Below are positions 51,201-60,482 of a stretch of DNA of 64,000 nucleotides, in pieces. How positions within the stretch are numbered: the first letter of the stretch is position 1; every line of letters starts with the position of its first letter. Position numbers and translations under genes: made by a program. The DNA is taken from assembly GCA_963827235.1 (NCBI GenBank), contig CAWHAE010000012.1:256001-320000 (forward strand). Reading direction: 5' to 3'. Origin of the DNA: an uncultured bacterium. GTDB lineage: Bacteria; Chloroflexota; UBA5177; JANWHV01. A model generated the notes under the pieces. The model ran no database searches and was not told the DNA's origin. It saw only the letters and a program-made list of their open reading frames with translations.

Positions 51201-51700
51201 GCATTGCTCTTTCCCAGAGCAATCTTGGTGACGTGGCCCTCATGCGGGGAGAGTACCGGCGGGCGACCGCGCGCTACCAGGAGGCCTTGACCCTGCAGCG
51301 CGAGATCGGGGACATGCAAGGCAGTGCGCGCTCGCTGATCAACCTGGGCGTCGTGGCGTGGATGCACGGCGACGTCGGGCACGCGGTCACCTCCTTCCAG
51401 GAGGGCCTGCGACTCAGCCAGGACATTGGCGCCCGAGATCAACTTGCCGAAGGGCTGGAGGGCCTGGCCTGGCTGTCTGCCGCGACCGGGCGGTCGGATG
51501 TGGCCGCGCGCCTGGGCGGAGCCGCCGATGCCCTCCGCACGTTGCTCGGGGTGCCGCTGGCACCGGCACTCCATGCAGGCCACGGGACACTTCTGAGCAC
51601 TTTGAGTGCTGTGCTGGGCGATCAGGCCTCCAAGGCTGCCTGGACGGTCGGTCAGACGCTGCCGCTGGAGGAGGCAATCTCCATGGCGCTCGGCTCCTGA
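48251..51700 (+). CDS. DUF6788-like Zn ribbon + wHTH/BTAD (SARP) + NB-ARC-type STAND ATPase + TPR regulator
   Basis: YRRCGKAGCPTC..GHGPYWYAYW; TLGGF..W; ALYGGEYLPED.YEDW; TNLPSPLTSFVGR; GPGGCGKT; LVLDNCEH; LDGMPLALELAA; many 40-aa TPRs. Confidence 0.93.
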   Translation: MSTPHARDTASLKYSQQYRRCGKAGCPTCMPPGRGHGPYWYAYWWEQGRVRSRYLGKELPGARPDLQVVPASTTALSLRVRTLGGFAAWRGDDSVPAASWRRRKVAELFKVMLSAPGYRLHVEHLLDILLPDSEPAEASKWLRLTLYRLRKILDAPGAPASHLQRQGALLTLVPTVEGTAEPDWLDAAAFARTAVEALARRDIGLCREALALYGGEYLPEDRYEDWAGRRREELRSQHVAVLLCLADLSRAAGQPEDVLRCLRTVLAEDPCHEVAARSLMKLFAEEGRLGEALEVHRSLAKALEVDLGQRPANETEAIRKRIAAEAPVALVPLARRTNLPSPLTSFVGRGWERSEVLRMLRTKSGTGRLVTLLGPGGCGKTRLATEVARGLLDDFSDGVWLVRLAGLLASDEPDPAQPGQAVAAVLGLSERAGQPLMEVLAGHLATKHLLLVLDNCEHVAAACAALAVALLEASPKLRILTTSQAALGVLGEGAWRVPSLSLPAGDDLPAADLAAYEAVQLFVDRGRAMAPRFVLDDRNAAAVARICRRLDGMPLALELAAARLASLSAEGLAARLDDRLALLTIGNRAAPPRQQTLRATIEWSVGLLSAAERLLLERLSVFAGGWTLDAAETVCAGRDLPKRTVLERLDRLVAKSLVQVDETGDHLRYRMLESIRAFAQELAESTGELEPAKGRHLDWYMALAEVAAPALTGPDQPTWLARLELEHDNLRAALGEARACHRQEEGLRLAGALWRFWATRGYHDEGRRWLEAALVGAGAGYPSARAMALNGAGNLAYQQSDYARAMVLHEEALALRRELGDSRGIAGSLANLGTVAYLQGSYGRAATLYEESLAVLHELRDSWGIAGMLNNLAMIAYQRGDYDRSAALYADSLELWRALDDRESIAGTLGNLGLVVYRQGDYARAASLQEDALALQRELGDKPGIAITLGNLGLVLYRQGDHGRAAALHEESLTLLRELGDKRSIALSQSNLGDVALMRGEYRRATARYQEALTLQREIGDMQGSARSLINLGVVAWMHGDVGHAVTSFQEGLRLSQDIGARDQLAEGLEGLAWLSAATGRSDVAARLGGAADALRTLLGVPLAPALHAGHGTLLSTLSAVLGDQASKAAWTVGQTLPLEEAISMALGS

Positions 51701-51813
51701 GCCCGGTATTCCTGCGCTGGCGATCCTCTCCATGCAGTACACCGTGCGATGAAAGGCGTTCTCCGCCGGCACCGGCGCGGACTTCCTGCCGGTGACAGCG
51801 AAATCGCAGGCTG

Positions 51814-53556
51814 CTACGACGTGGCAGGAGATGCTATGGTCGCGAGCCGGCGTGGCAGCAGCACCCTCTCCAATCGTGGCGCTTCCGTGTCCTTCCGCCG
51901 AGCCACCAACCGGTAGCTGACGGCTAAGTTGCTGGCTCCGCCGTGCATCTCATGGACGGTGAAGCCCATAGCATCGATCTCGTCGACATACAGGCCATTG
52001 CAGTCGCCGAGCGGGGTGAGGAAGATGTGAAACTGATCCGTGTTGACTGTGGCGGCGAAGAGCGGCTCGATCATCACGCGAGCGCTGCCATCTACCACCT
52101 GCACGGTGCCGAAGTCCTCGAACCAGCATTCCGGGCTTTCCATGCAGTATAGTGCGCGATGGTAGCCATCCTCAGCCGGGACCAGGGCGTTCTTCCTTCC
52201 CGTAACAGCGAAATTGCCATCCCCATACAGGGCGAAGCTGATATGGCCGTTGGCCTGACCGTATACGCCGACGCCGGCTTCGCCATTAGCTTGGCCATAC
52301 AGGCCGACAGCGCCATCCGAGTTGTTGACACCCAATACGCCGGCCACGGACTCGCCGGTGCTGTTGCCGCCGCCGGTGCCGACGGCGACGCCGCTGCTGA
52401 AGCCATACACGCCGTTTCCACTGCTGCTCTGACCCAGCACCCCGGCGCCGCTGCTGCTCTGCCCGAACACTCCTCTGCCGGGAGTGCTGTAGCCGTAGAC
52501 GCCGTCGCCGCTGCCGGTGCTCTTGCCGGACACACCACTGCCACTCTCCGTCTCGCCAGACACGCCGACAGCGTTCGCGCTCGTGCCCAGGACGCCGACG
52601 AACGCGTCGTTGGATCCATGCACGCCCGCGGCGCTGGCGCCGGTTGACCCGCCGTAGACGCCGTCGCCGATAGTGTTGGTGCCGTAGATCCCAGAGCCAT
52701 CGGCGCTCGTGCTGCTGCCCACGACGCCAAACTTGCCGGAGCCGGAGACGCCGTAGCCGGTATCGCTCTTGCCCAGGACGCCGGTACCCGTGCTGCCGGC
52801 TCCGTGCACACCAGCGGCGTTGGCGCTTGCCGTGCCGCCGTAGACGCCATCGCCATTGGTGTTGGTGCCGTAGATTCCAGAACCGCTGGCGTCCGTGCTA
52901 CTGCCGACCACGCCAAACTTGCCCGAACCGGAGACGCCGTAGCCGCTCGCACTCTGCCCATAGACGCCCGCGCCACTACCCGAATGCACGCCGCTGACCC
53001 CGTTCCCGTTCGCCACGCTGGAGAGGCCGGCCACACCCGAGGATACGCCGGCCCTGCCACCACCCGCTATCCCGGCGAGAGCGGCCAGATACGGAGTGCT
53101 TGAGCTGCCCTGTGTGCTCGATACGGTGACAGCCTGTGAGCCATCTGCCACGAGGAAGATGAACTTGCCGCTTATCGGCGTGGCACCATCGTACGTGACC
53201 GTGGTGGGCGCCTCTGCCATGTTGGTCACGTTGAGGTCGAGTTGGTCAATAGCCGCGGCGGCCGGCTGGGCCGTATGCTCGAGTGCGACGCCTGCACCGA
53301 GTGCGGCGGCGGCCCCGCTGGCGAAGCGGGCAAGAACCTGTCGCCTGGAGTGGTTCCTTTTCTGCGAGCTTCCGCGCTGCGGAGTGGTGACGGCCGAAAG
53401 CGGTGGCGGCAGCGCGGAGTTCTGTGCACCCACCAGGGCAGCTATCCGTCGTCCCTGGCGCGCGTTCTCCGTGGCCAGGCGAGCGTGGTCCTGCTGCAAG
53501 GTGCTGACCTGTTCCACCAGTTGTGCAAGCCGTGCTTCCAGATCGGTGCGAGCCAT
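51814..53556 (-). CDS. coiled-coil + Tat-like motif + Gly-rich (GVxG) beta-helix repeats + phage-tail-like C-terminal domain
   Basis: AGGAGGAG RBS; heptad N-terminus; SRRQVL...AAAA; GVYG/GVSG/GVLG repeats; KNALVP..G.HR.LYCMESPECWFEDFG. Confidence 0.85.
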   Translation of the reverse strand: MARTDLEARLAQLVEQVSTLQQDHARLATENARQGRRIAALVGAQNSALPPPLSAVTTPQRGSSQKRNHSRRQVLARFASGAAAALGAGVALEHTAQPAAAAIDQLDLNVTNMAEAPTTVTYDGATPISGKFIFLVADGSQAVTVSSTQGSSSTPYLAALAGIAGGGRAGVSSGVAGLSSVANGNGVSGVHSGSGAGVYGQSASGYGVSGSGKFGVVGSSTDASGSGIYGTNTNGDGVYGGTASANAAGVHGAGSTGTGVLGKSDTGYGVSGSGKFGVVGSSTSADGSGIYGTNTIGDGVYGGSTGASAAGVHGSNDAFVGVLGTSANAVGVSGETESGSGVSGKSTGSGDGVYGYSTPGRGVFGQSSSGAGVLGQSSSGNGVYGFSSGVAVGTGGGNSTGESVAGVLGVNNSDGAVGLYGQANGEAGVGVYGQANGHISFALYGDGNFAVTGRKNALVPAEDGYHRALYCMESPECWFEDFGTVQVVDGSARVMIEPLFAATVNTDQFHIFLTPLGDCNGLYVDEIDAMGFTVHEMHGGASNLAVSYRLVARRKDTEAPRLERVLLPRRLATIASPATS

Positions 53557-53866
53557 GCCAACTCCTCCTCCTGCATCGCCTACGAAGAACTCATGCCCGG
53601 GTACGCAACGCCGCGTTCGATGCAGCCACGCGTCCGGGCGCCGGGGCTCGTTCGCGCTCCTGCCGGCCGCTGCCCGCCTGCCATGCTCCTCAGAGCTGAA
53701 GCGCCGGAGTGCCGCCTTGTCGCTCTGGTACCGGGGTCAGAACTCCGAAGGGCACAGTGCGGACGCCCTTGCACCACGCTCTGCGGGATACGAGCACAGC
53801 GTGCACCAATGCCGTCGCCGGGGCGTCTCGGCGCTTACTCGCATATCGCCTCAGGCCGCAAGCAAC

Positions 53867-53902
53867 TGCTTGTGTAAGGTCGGTACCAACCTTACACAAG
53901 CA
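53867..53902. promoter_or_regulatory. palindrome TGCTTGTGTAAGGT-N8-ACCTTACACAAGCA
   Basis: 14-bp arms containing the same 11-bp core as the 48118 site. Confidence 0.7.
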
Positions 53903-53909
53903 AATAGGC

Positions 53910-54290
53910 ACTGCACCAGCGACGCTGGCAGAGGTGGTGGCGCTGCGTGACACGCCCGACGCCTGGGACATCCTCGGGCAAGTGGAGCGATTCGTCGACC
54001 AGGGGCATCGACGCGCCGCGCGTCCGGCCCTGCTACGCACCCGTGGCCGGCTACTCGCCGCACGGGGTGATCTGCTAGGCGCTCTGCAGGTGCTTCTGGA
54101 CAGCGTGAACTTGGCCCGTGACCACGGCAACCTCGTGCAGCAGGGTCGCTCCCTCTACACGCTCATGCAGGTCGCGTTCGCTGCCGGCGAGCAGCAGGTA
54201 TTCGAGCGAATGGCTGGCGAGCGCCGCACCGTGATGGACGAGATTGGCCGCCAGGTGCGCGGGCTCGCCTGGTGTGCTCACCTTCCCTGA
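53910..54290 (+). pseudogene. C-terminal TPR remnant of a STAND-type regulator
   Basis: ALLRTRGRLLAARGD...ALQVLLDSVNLARDHGNLVQQGRSLYTL; no start codon with RBS. Confidence 0.55.
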
Positions 54291-54684
54291 GACTGGCGTG
54301 AGCCTGGGCGACCGGGGAACTGTTCGTTGTGCAGCCCTGCATGGTCATACACATCAAGCAAGCCACCGCCGCGCCGCGCGGGTGCGGCAGCGTTCAGATC
54401 GGCCGTGCCCATTTCAGGGAATCCATGGGCGCAAGGGTCACAACTGTCCTCTACCGCCTGCCACGACGCATCCGGTCGCTCCCGTTGGTAACATTCTCCC
54501 CACGGTCATGTCATGGGTGAAGTCCCGAAGCTTCGGGCCGATGGCGACGGCGCTGGATCAGGAGGCAGCATGCGACGGCGTGGTCAGCGGTGCGGAAGAC
54601 TGGCAGGAGAGCACAAACCGTGATGGCGCTCCACGCGGCGTTCACGGTCCAGGACGGCACGGGCGGGCCTATCGCGGCACGGAC

Positions 54685-55884
54685 ATGACCACGGTGACGG
54701 ACATGCAAAGCCTTGCGCGCTGGCGGAACGCGGTCATTGCGGCCTTTGCGCTTGGTGGCATCACGAGCGCGACCGTGGGGCCGCGCATGCCGAGCCTCCG
54801 CGCCGATCTCGCTGTGGACAATGCCGTCATCGGCGCGATGCTCGCGGGTGTCACCGTGGGAGCGTTTGCAGGACTGGGCTCCTCGGCACTGATCCTTTCA
54901 CGGCTCGGTGCGCGTGGGGGTATCCGCAGCGCCCTGTGGCTGGTGGCGCTCAGCCTAGCTCTCATCGGGTTCGGCGCGGGCGTCGCCCACAACCCGCTGA
55001 TAGCGTCACTCGGGTTATTCCTGGTCGGTATAGGCATAGGTGCGCTCGACGTCATGATCAACGTCGAGGGTGCCGCGGTCGAGCGAGAAGCCGGGCGAAC
55101 AGTGCTGCCGCTCATGCACGCGGCCTGGTCGGCCGGCGCGGTGATCGGCGCCGGTGTCGGGGCGGGCTGCGCGGCCTTGGACATCGCTGTTCCCTGGCAG
55201 TTCGCCGGCGAAGCGGTGCTGATCGCCGGGTGCGCCCCGATCCTGACCGCGGTAATCCCACGTATGCCGCCGGTGCTGCCGGCATCCACGAAGCGCAGCG
55301 GCGCCGAACGCCTGCGCAACTGGGCACGCGGCTGGACGCACTGGCGGCTGCTCCTCATCGGCGTCGTTATGCTTGGTGTCGAGATCGGCGAAGGATCCGC
55401 CAACAACTGGCTCACGCTGGCCGTGCGGGATGACCACCATCAAGCCGCGGCGGCCGCGGCGTTGTTCTTCGTGGTGTTCGCCGCCGCGGAGACCACCACG
55501 CGCGTCTTCGGCGGCAGGCTCGTCGACCGTGTCGGACGGAGAGCCGCAGTACGGCTCACGACGGCGCTGGGCGTGATCGGGATGCTCCTGTTCATCGTCG
55601 CCTCGCCGGCCTGGCTGGTTCTTGCCGGGACGGTCCTGTGGGCGGTAGGCGTGTCGATGGGGTTTCCGCTCGGCATGAGTGCCGCAGCAGAGAGTGGGCC
55701 GGACCCCGCGGCCCAAGTCAGTGTCGTGGCCTCCATCGGGTATGTTGCGAACTTCGTGGCTCCGCCCGCTATTGGGTTGTTGTCGCAATCGTTCGGGCTG
55801 CTCGACGCGCTCTGGCTGATCGTCGCTTTCCTCGCACTTTCGTTCGTCGCTGCTGGTGTTCTCAAGAGTGGAGCAGCGACGTGA
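54685..55884 (+). CDS. MFS transporter (FucP-like)
   Basis: About 12 hydrophobic segments; DVMINVEG..VE, MHAAWSAG, EGSANNW, GRLVDRVGRR. Confidence 0.9.
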   Translation: MTTVTDMQSLARWRNAVIAAFALGGITSATVGPRMPSLRADLAVDNAVIGAMLAGVTVGAFAGLGSSALILSRLGARGGIRSALWLVALSLALIGFGAGVAHNPLIASLGLFLVGIGIGALDVMINVEGAAVEREAGRTVLPLMHAAWSAGAVIGAGVGAGCAALDIAVPWQFAGEAVLIAGCAPILTAVIPRMPPVLPASTKRSGAERLRNWARGWTHWRLLLIGVVMLGVEIGEGSANNWLTLAVRDDHHQAAAAAALFFVVFAAAETTTRVFGGRLVDRVGRRAAVRLTTALGVIGMLLFIVASPAWLVLAGTVLWAVGVSMGFPLGMSAAAESGPDPAAQVSVVASIGYVANFVAPPAIGLLSQSFGLLDALWLIVAFLALSFVAAGVLKSGAAT

Positions 55885-56439
55885 ACCTGCAGCTGGTCTG
55901 AGGGCACCTGTGGCGCACCACCTGCACCTCGAGGCAAAGAGGACACATTCGGTCTGTATGGTGCAGGTTCAGTCCCGAGCAGCCGCTCATGACCCGAGAG
56001 TACTGGGCACTGGCGCGTCAAGCTCCGACCGACCCGCGCACCTTGTCGCGCACGCTGAATTCAGGATGTCGGCCTTGGCAATCATGCCTCGCCCGTCTGA
56101 TCACGGCGTCACGATGTCGTCCAGCAGTGAGCTTGAGCGGCGGTACAAGCCTTGAGGTTGAGACCGGCAGGTGCATTTGTATACATGCGGCGCAAGCCAC
56201 GAGTCGAGTTTCCATGTACACCGGAGGTGTTGCTTCAGAAGCTACCCGACGAGCCAGGAATGGCCGCAAGGCTAGAGACGGTGTCTTGTTTCCACACTCC
56301 CAGGACAGTGCGCTCCTCAACTATGCTGGTTCCTTGGGCCGCCCTATGATGGCGCTGGGGGCGCTTGCTGCACGGCAGGAAGGAGCGCCTCTACAACCGC
56401 CGGCAGGATTAGATAGAACCGAGCGTCAGACCTGATCTC

Positions 56440-56960
56440 CCCGGAAGGCGGGTCATCGCCCCAACCTTGAGGGATCCTGCGGCCGCGTCGAGGTCACATA
56501 CATAGAAATCCTCGCCCGGTGTCTCGCAGGCCCCGTGCGGATCGAAGTCGCATGTGTGCACCTTCGCGTAGGTCATCATGATCTCGCCATGCCGGTCGAT
56601 GAGCGTCATCGCGTTGCGCGGCGGTCCGTCTCAGCGCTGCAGATAGGTGACGGCAATGGCCATATATAGCTCGCGGGCCAGCGCACGGAAGGCGGTCATG
56701 TAGGGGCCGCTTTCGTCGACGGCGCTGTCTACCCAGCGTTGGTAGGCCGCGGCGTCCACGCGCGGCACAGGCCTCGTGTCCCTGGTCCAGACCGCTGGCG
56801 CGCGATACAGGCCGCCTGGGTCGCCGCTCGGCGCGGCAAAGGAGGCGTAGCCGGTGCTCCACATCTCCGCAAAGAGGGCGACATCGTCGCCCATGATGGC
56901 CGCCTGCCGGCAGTAGCGCTCGCCTCTGGCGCGGTTCATCTCGATGTCGCGCCACATGAC
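56440..56960 (-). pseudogene. carbon-nitrogen hydrolase (nitrilase family) pseudogene
   Basis: LFAEMWSTGY...MAIAVTYLQR*DGPPRNAMTLIDRHG..YAKVHTCDF...KVGAM; TGA at 56631 and truncated before the catalytic Cys. Confidence 0.75.
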
Positions 56961-57021
56961 GTGATGTGGTGCAGCGCGATGGGTGGGACCTGACACGGCA
57001 CCTTTCCCGCCTTCTGGAACA

Positions 57022-58038
57022 CTAAGCGGGCTGCGACCAATCAAGAGCTGCGAGCGCCTGTCGAGCCTCCTCACGCAGCTCACGCATCGGCCTGCTCGGC
57101 TGATTCGCCAAGTGTTGCACGACCAGCTTGAGCGCGGCAATATGAGCGACCTTGAGCGCATCCTCCTGTGGCACCGCGATGTCGGGCGTCACGCCGGTCC
57201 CTTCCCAGTTTGTGCCGCTAATGGGATTGATGGAGCGACAGGTCGGGATGCGGACGACAAAGTGCTCGTCGATTTGGAAATGGTCGCAAGGATGGGCGCC
57301 GCCTCCAGTCACTTCGCCCACGGTCGTGGCACGCTTGAGTTGCTGCAGAGTGTGGGCGAGGTCCTCGGCCCCGGAGAACGTGACCCGGCTGATAAGCACG
57401 AAGAGTGGCGTCGTGGGCATCCGTGGGCCCGGCACGTACGGGAGTGTCCAGAACTGCACCGTGCGATGACTTTCACGCTCGTAGATGCTATTGAGCTGCG
57501 TGGGCTCGTCGAAGAAGTAGCTCGAGAGCAAGGCAACCGTGGCCGGGTCACTGCCTCCACTCTTGCGCAAATCGATGATTATGGCACTGGCGTGGGCGAG
57601 CAGGTTCATGGCTGCTACCGCAGTCGGACCACCGACATCCGCCGGGCCGAATATGCGCAGCTCGAGGTAGCCGACATTGCCGGCCAGGCGTTCGACGCGC
57701 TCGAAGCCGAAGTTGGTCAGGGCGGCGTGCTGGCCCAATTCCTCTCGCTCCTCGGCGCTCGGCTCTCTGCCCTCGCGTGGCGGCTGCGGCTCGGCGCTGA
57801 AGAACACACGCAGGTGCTTGTCGTGACCGACTTCCTGCAGGTGTGCCGTGAGCGCGTCGCGCAGGGCTGAGCCAGTGGTGATCTCGTCGTAGTCGCCGTG
57901 GCTCATCCGCTCACGGACGGCCTCCTCCATCCTCTCTGCTACCTCCGGAAACACGTAGTAAGCCCGGAGCTTGCTCAACAGATCGTCGATGACCGTTGCC
58001 CGCCTGATCGCGTCGATGGTGATGTCGGACTCTTCCAC
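57022..58038 (-). CDS. S41 family peptidase (IRBP/tricorn-like)
   Basis: YYVFPE, DKHLRV, LAGNVGYL, IIDLRKSGG, TFSGAED, VGEVTGGGAH, NWEGTGVTPD. Confidence 0.9.
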   Translation of the reverse strand: MEESDITIDAIRRATVIDDLLSKLRAYYVFPEVAERMEEAVRERMSHGDYDEITTGSALRDALTAHLQEVGHDKHLRVFFSAEPQPPREGREPSAEEREELGQHAALTNFGFERVERLAGNVGYLELRIFGPADVGGPTAVAAMNLLAHASAIIIDLRKSGGSDPATVALLSSYFFDEPTQLNSIYERESHRTVQFWTLPYVPGPRMPTTPLFVLISRVTFSGAEDLAHTLQQLKRATTVGEVTGGGAHPCDHFQIDEHFVVRIPTCRSINPISGTNWEGTGVTPDIAVPQEDALKVAHIAALKLVVQHLANQPSRPMRELREEARQALAALDWSQPA

Positions 58039-58460
58039 GGCTGCACACCCTTCGCGCTGCCACATCCTAATGCTGCCACGTCTCTGTGGCCAAGATATAC
58101 TCTGCCTCGTGGTCAAGGATCGCTGGCAATGGCGCCGGCCTCGGCAGCGTGCGTGTGGAGACGCGCGGTCATGACAAGCGACACGTCGACAGCGATAACC
58201 TGCCGGGAGCGCCGGACGGCTGCGAGAGCGTACTATCCGGTTCCGGCGCCTAGATCGAGGCGCAGCGGGAGTGGGAGACCGGATGGTGACCCCCCCCCCC
58301 ACGAGCCTAGCAGTCTCATGATCAAGCTGCTAGCAGTCACGCCGTCTATCTGTCAGGTTCGCGCGGTGGAAGTCGACATCCGCGTCGTCCCAGCACGATC
58401 GCCTCGACATTCGACGCCCAAGCCCAGATCAAATACTTGCTAGTACAACACGCATATCTA

Positions 58461-58490
58461 TTGACAGTAATGCCATCGCAGTGCTATAAC
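58461..58490 (+). promoter_or_regulatory. sigma70-type promoter of hsp20 overlapping a degenerate CIRCE-like site
   Basis: TTGACA-N18-TATAAC with TGn extension; TTGACAGTA-N9-CAGTGCTAT compared with TTAGCACTC-N9-GAGTGCTAA. Confidence 0.7.
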
Positions 58491-58570
58491 GTAGATGTGA
58501 CGGGCGGCAGGGTGCCGCCCTAAGCGCTGGACAGCATGAGTCCACGAGACAATCACCGAGGAGAAAGACA

Positions 58571-59047
58571 ATGGCAATCCGGACGCTCTGGAGCCCCGTG
58601 AACGAGTTCGTAACCCTTCGCGACGCAATGGACCGCTTGGTATCCGACAGCTTCATCAATCCGCGGACGCTCTTCGCCCCGCTGGGCAACACGGCGGCCC
58701 TGCCGGCCAACCTCTTTGAGACGCCCGACAGCTACGTCGTCCAGGTTGCGCTGCCTGGCGCCGACCCGGCCAAGCTCAGCATCACGGTGCAGGGCGAAGT
58801 CGTGCAGCTCAAGGGCGAGCGCAGCATCCCGCAGGTGGAGAATGCCCAGCAGATCTGGAACGGCATCGGCTCCGGCAGCTTCGAGCAAGCTTTCAGCCTG
58901 CCGACCGCCGTCGAGGGCGAGCACACCGCTGCTTCGTACGAGCACGGCCTGCTGACGCTGACGCTGCCCAAGGTGCAGCATGCACGCTCTCACACCATCA
59001 AGGTAAGTGCCGGAGCGGGCGGCCCGCGCGCGATCGAGCAGAAGTAG
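58571..59047 (+). CDS. Hsp20/alpha-crystallin small heat-shock protein
   Basis: GAGGAG RBS; LRDAMDRL, ALPG, GSFEQAFSLP, ASYEHGLLTLTLPK. Confidence 0.93.
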   Translation: MAIRTLWSPVNEFVTLRDAMDRLVSDSFINPRTLFAPLGNTAALPANLFETPDSYVVQVALPGADPAKLSITVQGEVVQLKGERSIPQVENAQQIWNGIGSGSFEQAFSLPTAVEGEHTAASYEHGLLTLTLPKVQHARSHTIKVSAGAGGPRAIEQK

Positions 59048-59093
59048 CTCGCCGATCGGCCGCGACCGGCGGCACTGCCGGTGATCGCATCGA

Positions 59094-59155
59094 GGCTTCC
59101 CGCGCCCGTACCAGCTTCCCAAAGGAGGCTCGGCACGGGCGCGGGAAGCCCTTTT
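59094..59155 (+). terminator. hairpin plus U-tract after hsp20
   Basis: ggcttcccgcgcccgt pairs with acgggcgcgggaagcc, followed by ctttt. Confidence 0.65.
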
Positions 59156-59275
59156 CACGTGCGCGGCACGTCAACGGCCTCGGTCGCTTCAAGCGCTCGC
59201 CGCCCGACATACACTCCCGGCGGAGCTGGCGCTGCCACGCATGGTATTCCCGCCCTGTTCCGACGGACGGCAAGA

Positions 59276-59311
59276 AAAGAGCAACGCGGCCGATCGGCCG
59301 CGTTGCTCTTT
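59276..59311. terminator. perfect 36-bp palindrome, probable terminator of the ABC operon or bidirectional
   Basis: aaagagcaacgcggccga|tcggccgcgttgctcttt. Confidence 0.7.
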
Positions 59312-59357
59312 GCGGAATCCAGAATAGTCTGCCTGCTGGCAGGTTGAGTGCCCGGCG

Positions 59358-60461
59358 TCAGTTGCCGCTTCCGCTCGGGACGCCCTGGCCGCTCTGTCCT
59401 CCATAGCCGCCGGTGCCGCCCTGGCCGCCGCCGAATCCACCGCCGGCGCCCCGGGTGGGAGGATTGGTCAGCGAGGCTATCATGCCCTGCAGCGAGCACG
59501 TAACCACGTTGAGCGCCGTGGCTGATCCCGTGCCCGAGCTCTGGAGCACCGTCACTGAATCGCCGCTGTGCATGGCGCTGCCGGTCGTCTTGACGAGCCG
59601 GTAGACCACCGTCGAAGAGTCGACGGATATCGAGAGACTGCGGCCGCTGGCGGTCTGCAAGGTCAGCGTGTTGCCGCTGAGTGATACGACCGTGCCGGCC
59701 GGTGAGAAGCCGCCGAATCCGCCGGAGGCGGTCTGCTGCTGCCGGACATAGCCGTAGAGGCTGCCGGACGGCGCGATCGTGATGTCGCCGGCGCTGAATC
59801 CCTGCGAGGAGCTGCCCGCGGCGAGACTCACGGTAACCTTCTGGCCCTTCGCGATCGCACTACCCGAGGCGGCCTGCGCGGTGTAGAACGTGGTCGAGGA
59901 CGAGGTGGCAACCGTCTGATTGCTACCCTGGACCGTCTTGATCGTCACGTTCCCGTGGCCTACGCTCACGAGCGTGCCCGTCAGCTCGGCCGAATCGACA
60001 GCCGTGCCCGAGGCCGCGGGCGCCGAGCCGCTACCCTGGCTTCCCGAAGCACTGCCGCCCGGCTGGCCACCCGAAGCGCTACCGCTACCCTGGCCGCCCG
60101 AAGCACTGCCGCTGCCCTGGCCGCCTGAAGCACTGCTGCTACCCTGGCCGCCGGCGGAGCTGGTGGTCTGGGTGGAGCTTGCCGGCGGGGTCGCGTAGGC
60201 AAGCGCCGCTTGGATCTGCGAGCTGCCCGACGAGCTGCCGCCGAAGTAGCTGCCGGTCCTCCCTGTAGTGCCGCCGGCACCGCCAAAACCGCCACCGGCC
60301 CCGCCCGCGCCGGTCGCGGTCGGCGGGTTGTACTGCGTGAAGAGCGGCTGGTCCACGTTGTTCTGGTACACGCGTCCGCCGTAGAACGCCAGCCCCACGC
60401 AGAGCACGAGCGCGAGCAGGAAGCCCGCCACCTTGATGTTCAATCTCCTGGCCTGATTCAT
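59358..60461 (-). CDS. membrane-anchored DUF5666-like protein, Gly/Ser-rich
   Basis: N-terminal TM ending FYGG; ASGGQGSGS repeats; two G.(L/V)VS..G..(V/L)T.....G OB-like modules. Confidence 0.8.
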   Translation of the reverse strand: MNQARRLNIKVAGFLLALVLCVGLAFYGGRVYQNNVDQPLFTQYNPPTATGAGGAGGGFGGAGGTTGRTGSYFGGSSSGSSQIQAALAYATPPASSTQTTSSAGGQGSSSASGGQGSGSASGGQGSGSASGGQPGGSASGSQGSGSAPAASGTAVDSAELTGTLVSVGHGNVTIKTVQGSNQTVATSSSTTFYTAQAASGSAIAKGQKVTVSLAAGSSSQGFSAGDITIAPSGSLYGYVRQQQTASGGFGGFSPAGTVVSLSGNTLTLQTASGRSLSISVDSSTVVYRLVKTTGSAMHSGDSVTVLQSSGTGSATALNVVTCSLQGMIASLTNPPTRGAGGGFGGGQGGTGGYGGQSGQGVPSGSGN

Positions 60462-60482
60462 GGTTTCTTCTCCAGAGGACGA

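Noticed and set aside
54468-54510. ggtaacattctc as a LacI-type operator upstream of the MFS gene
   Set aside because: Imperfect palindrome, single copy, and no LacI gene nearby.
20416-56633. Two in-frame TGA codons at expected Trp positions (20416, 56631), suggesting UGA recoding
   Set aside because: Many intact genes here end in TGA, including ATGA overlaps at 255-258 and 35989-35992, and both fragments have other lesions. Ordinary TGG-to-TGA mutation explains them.
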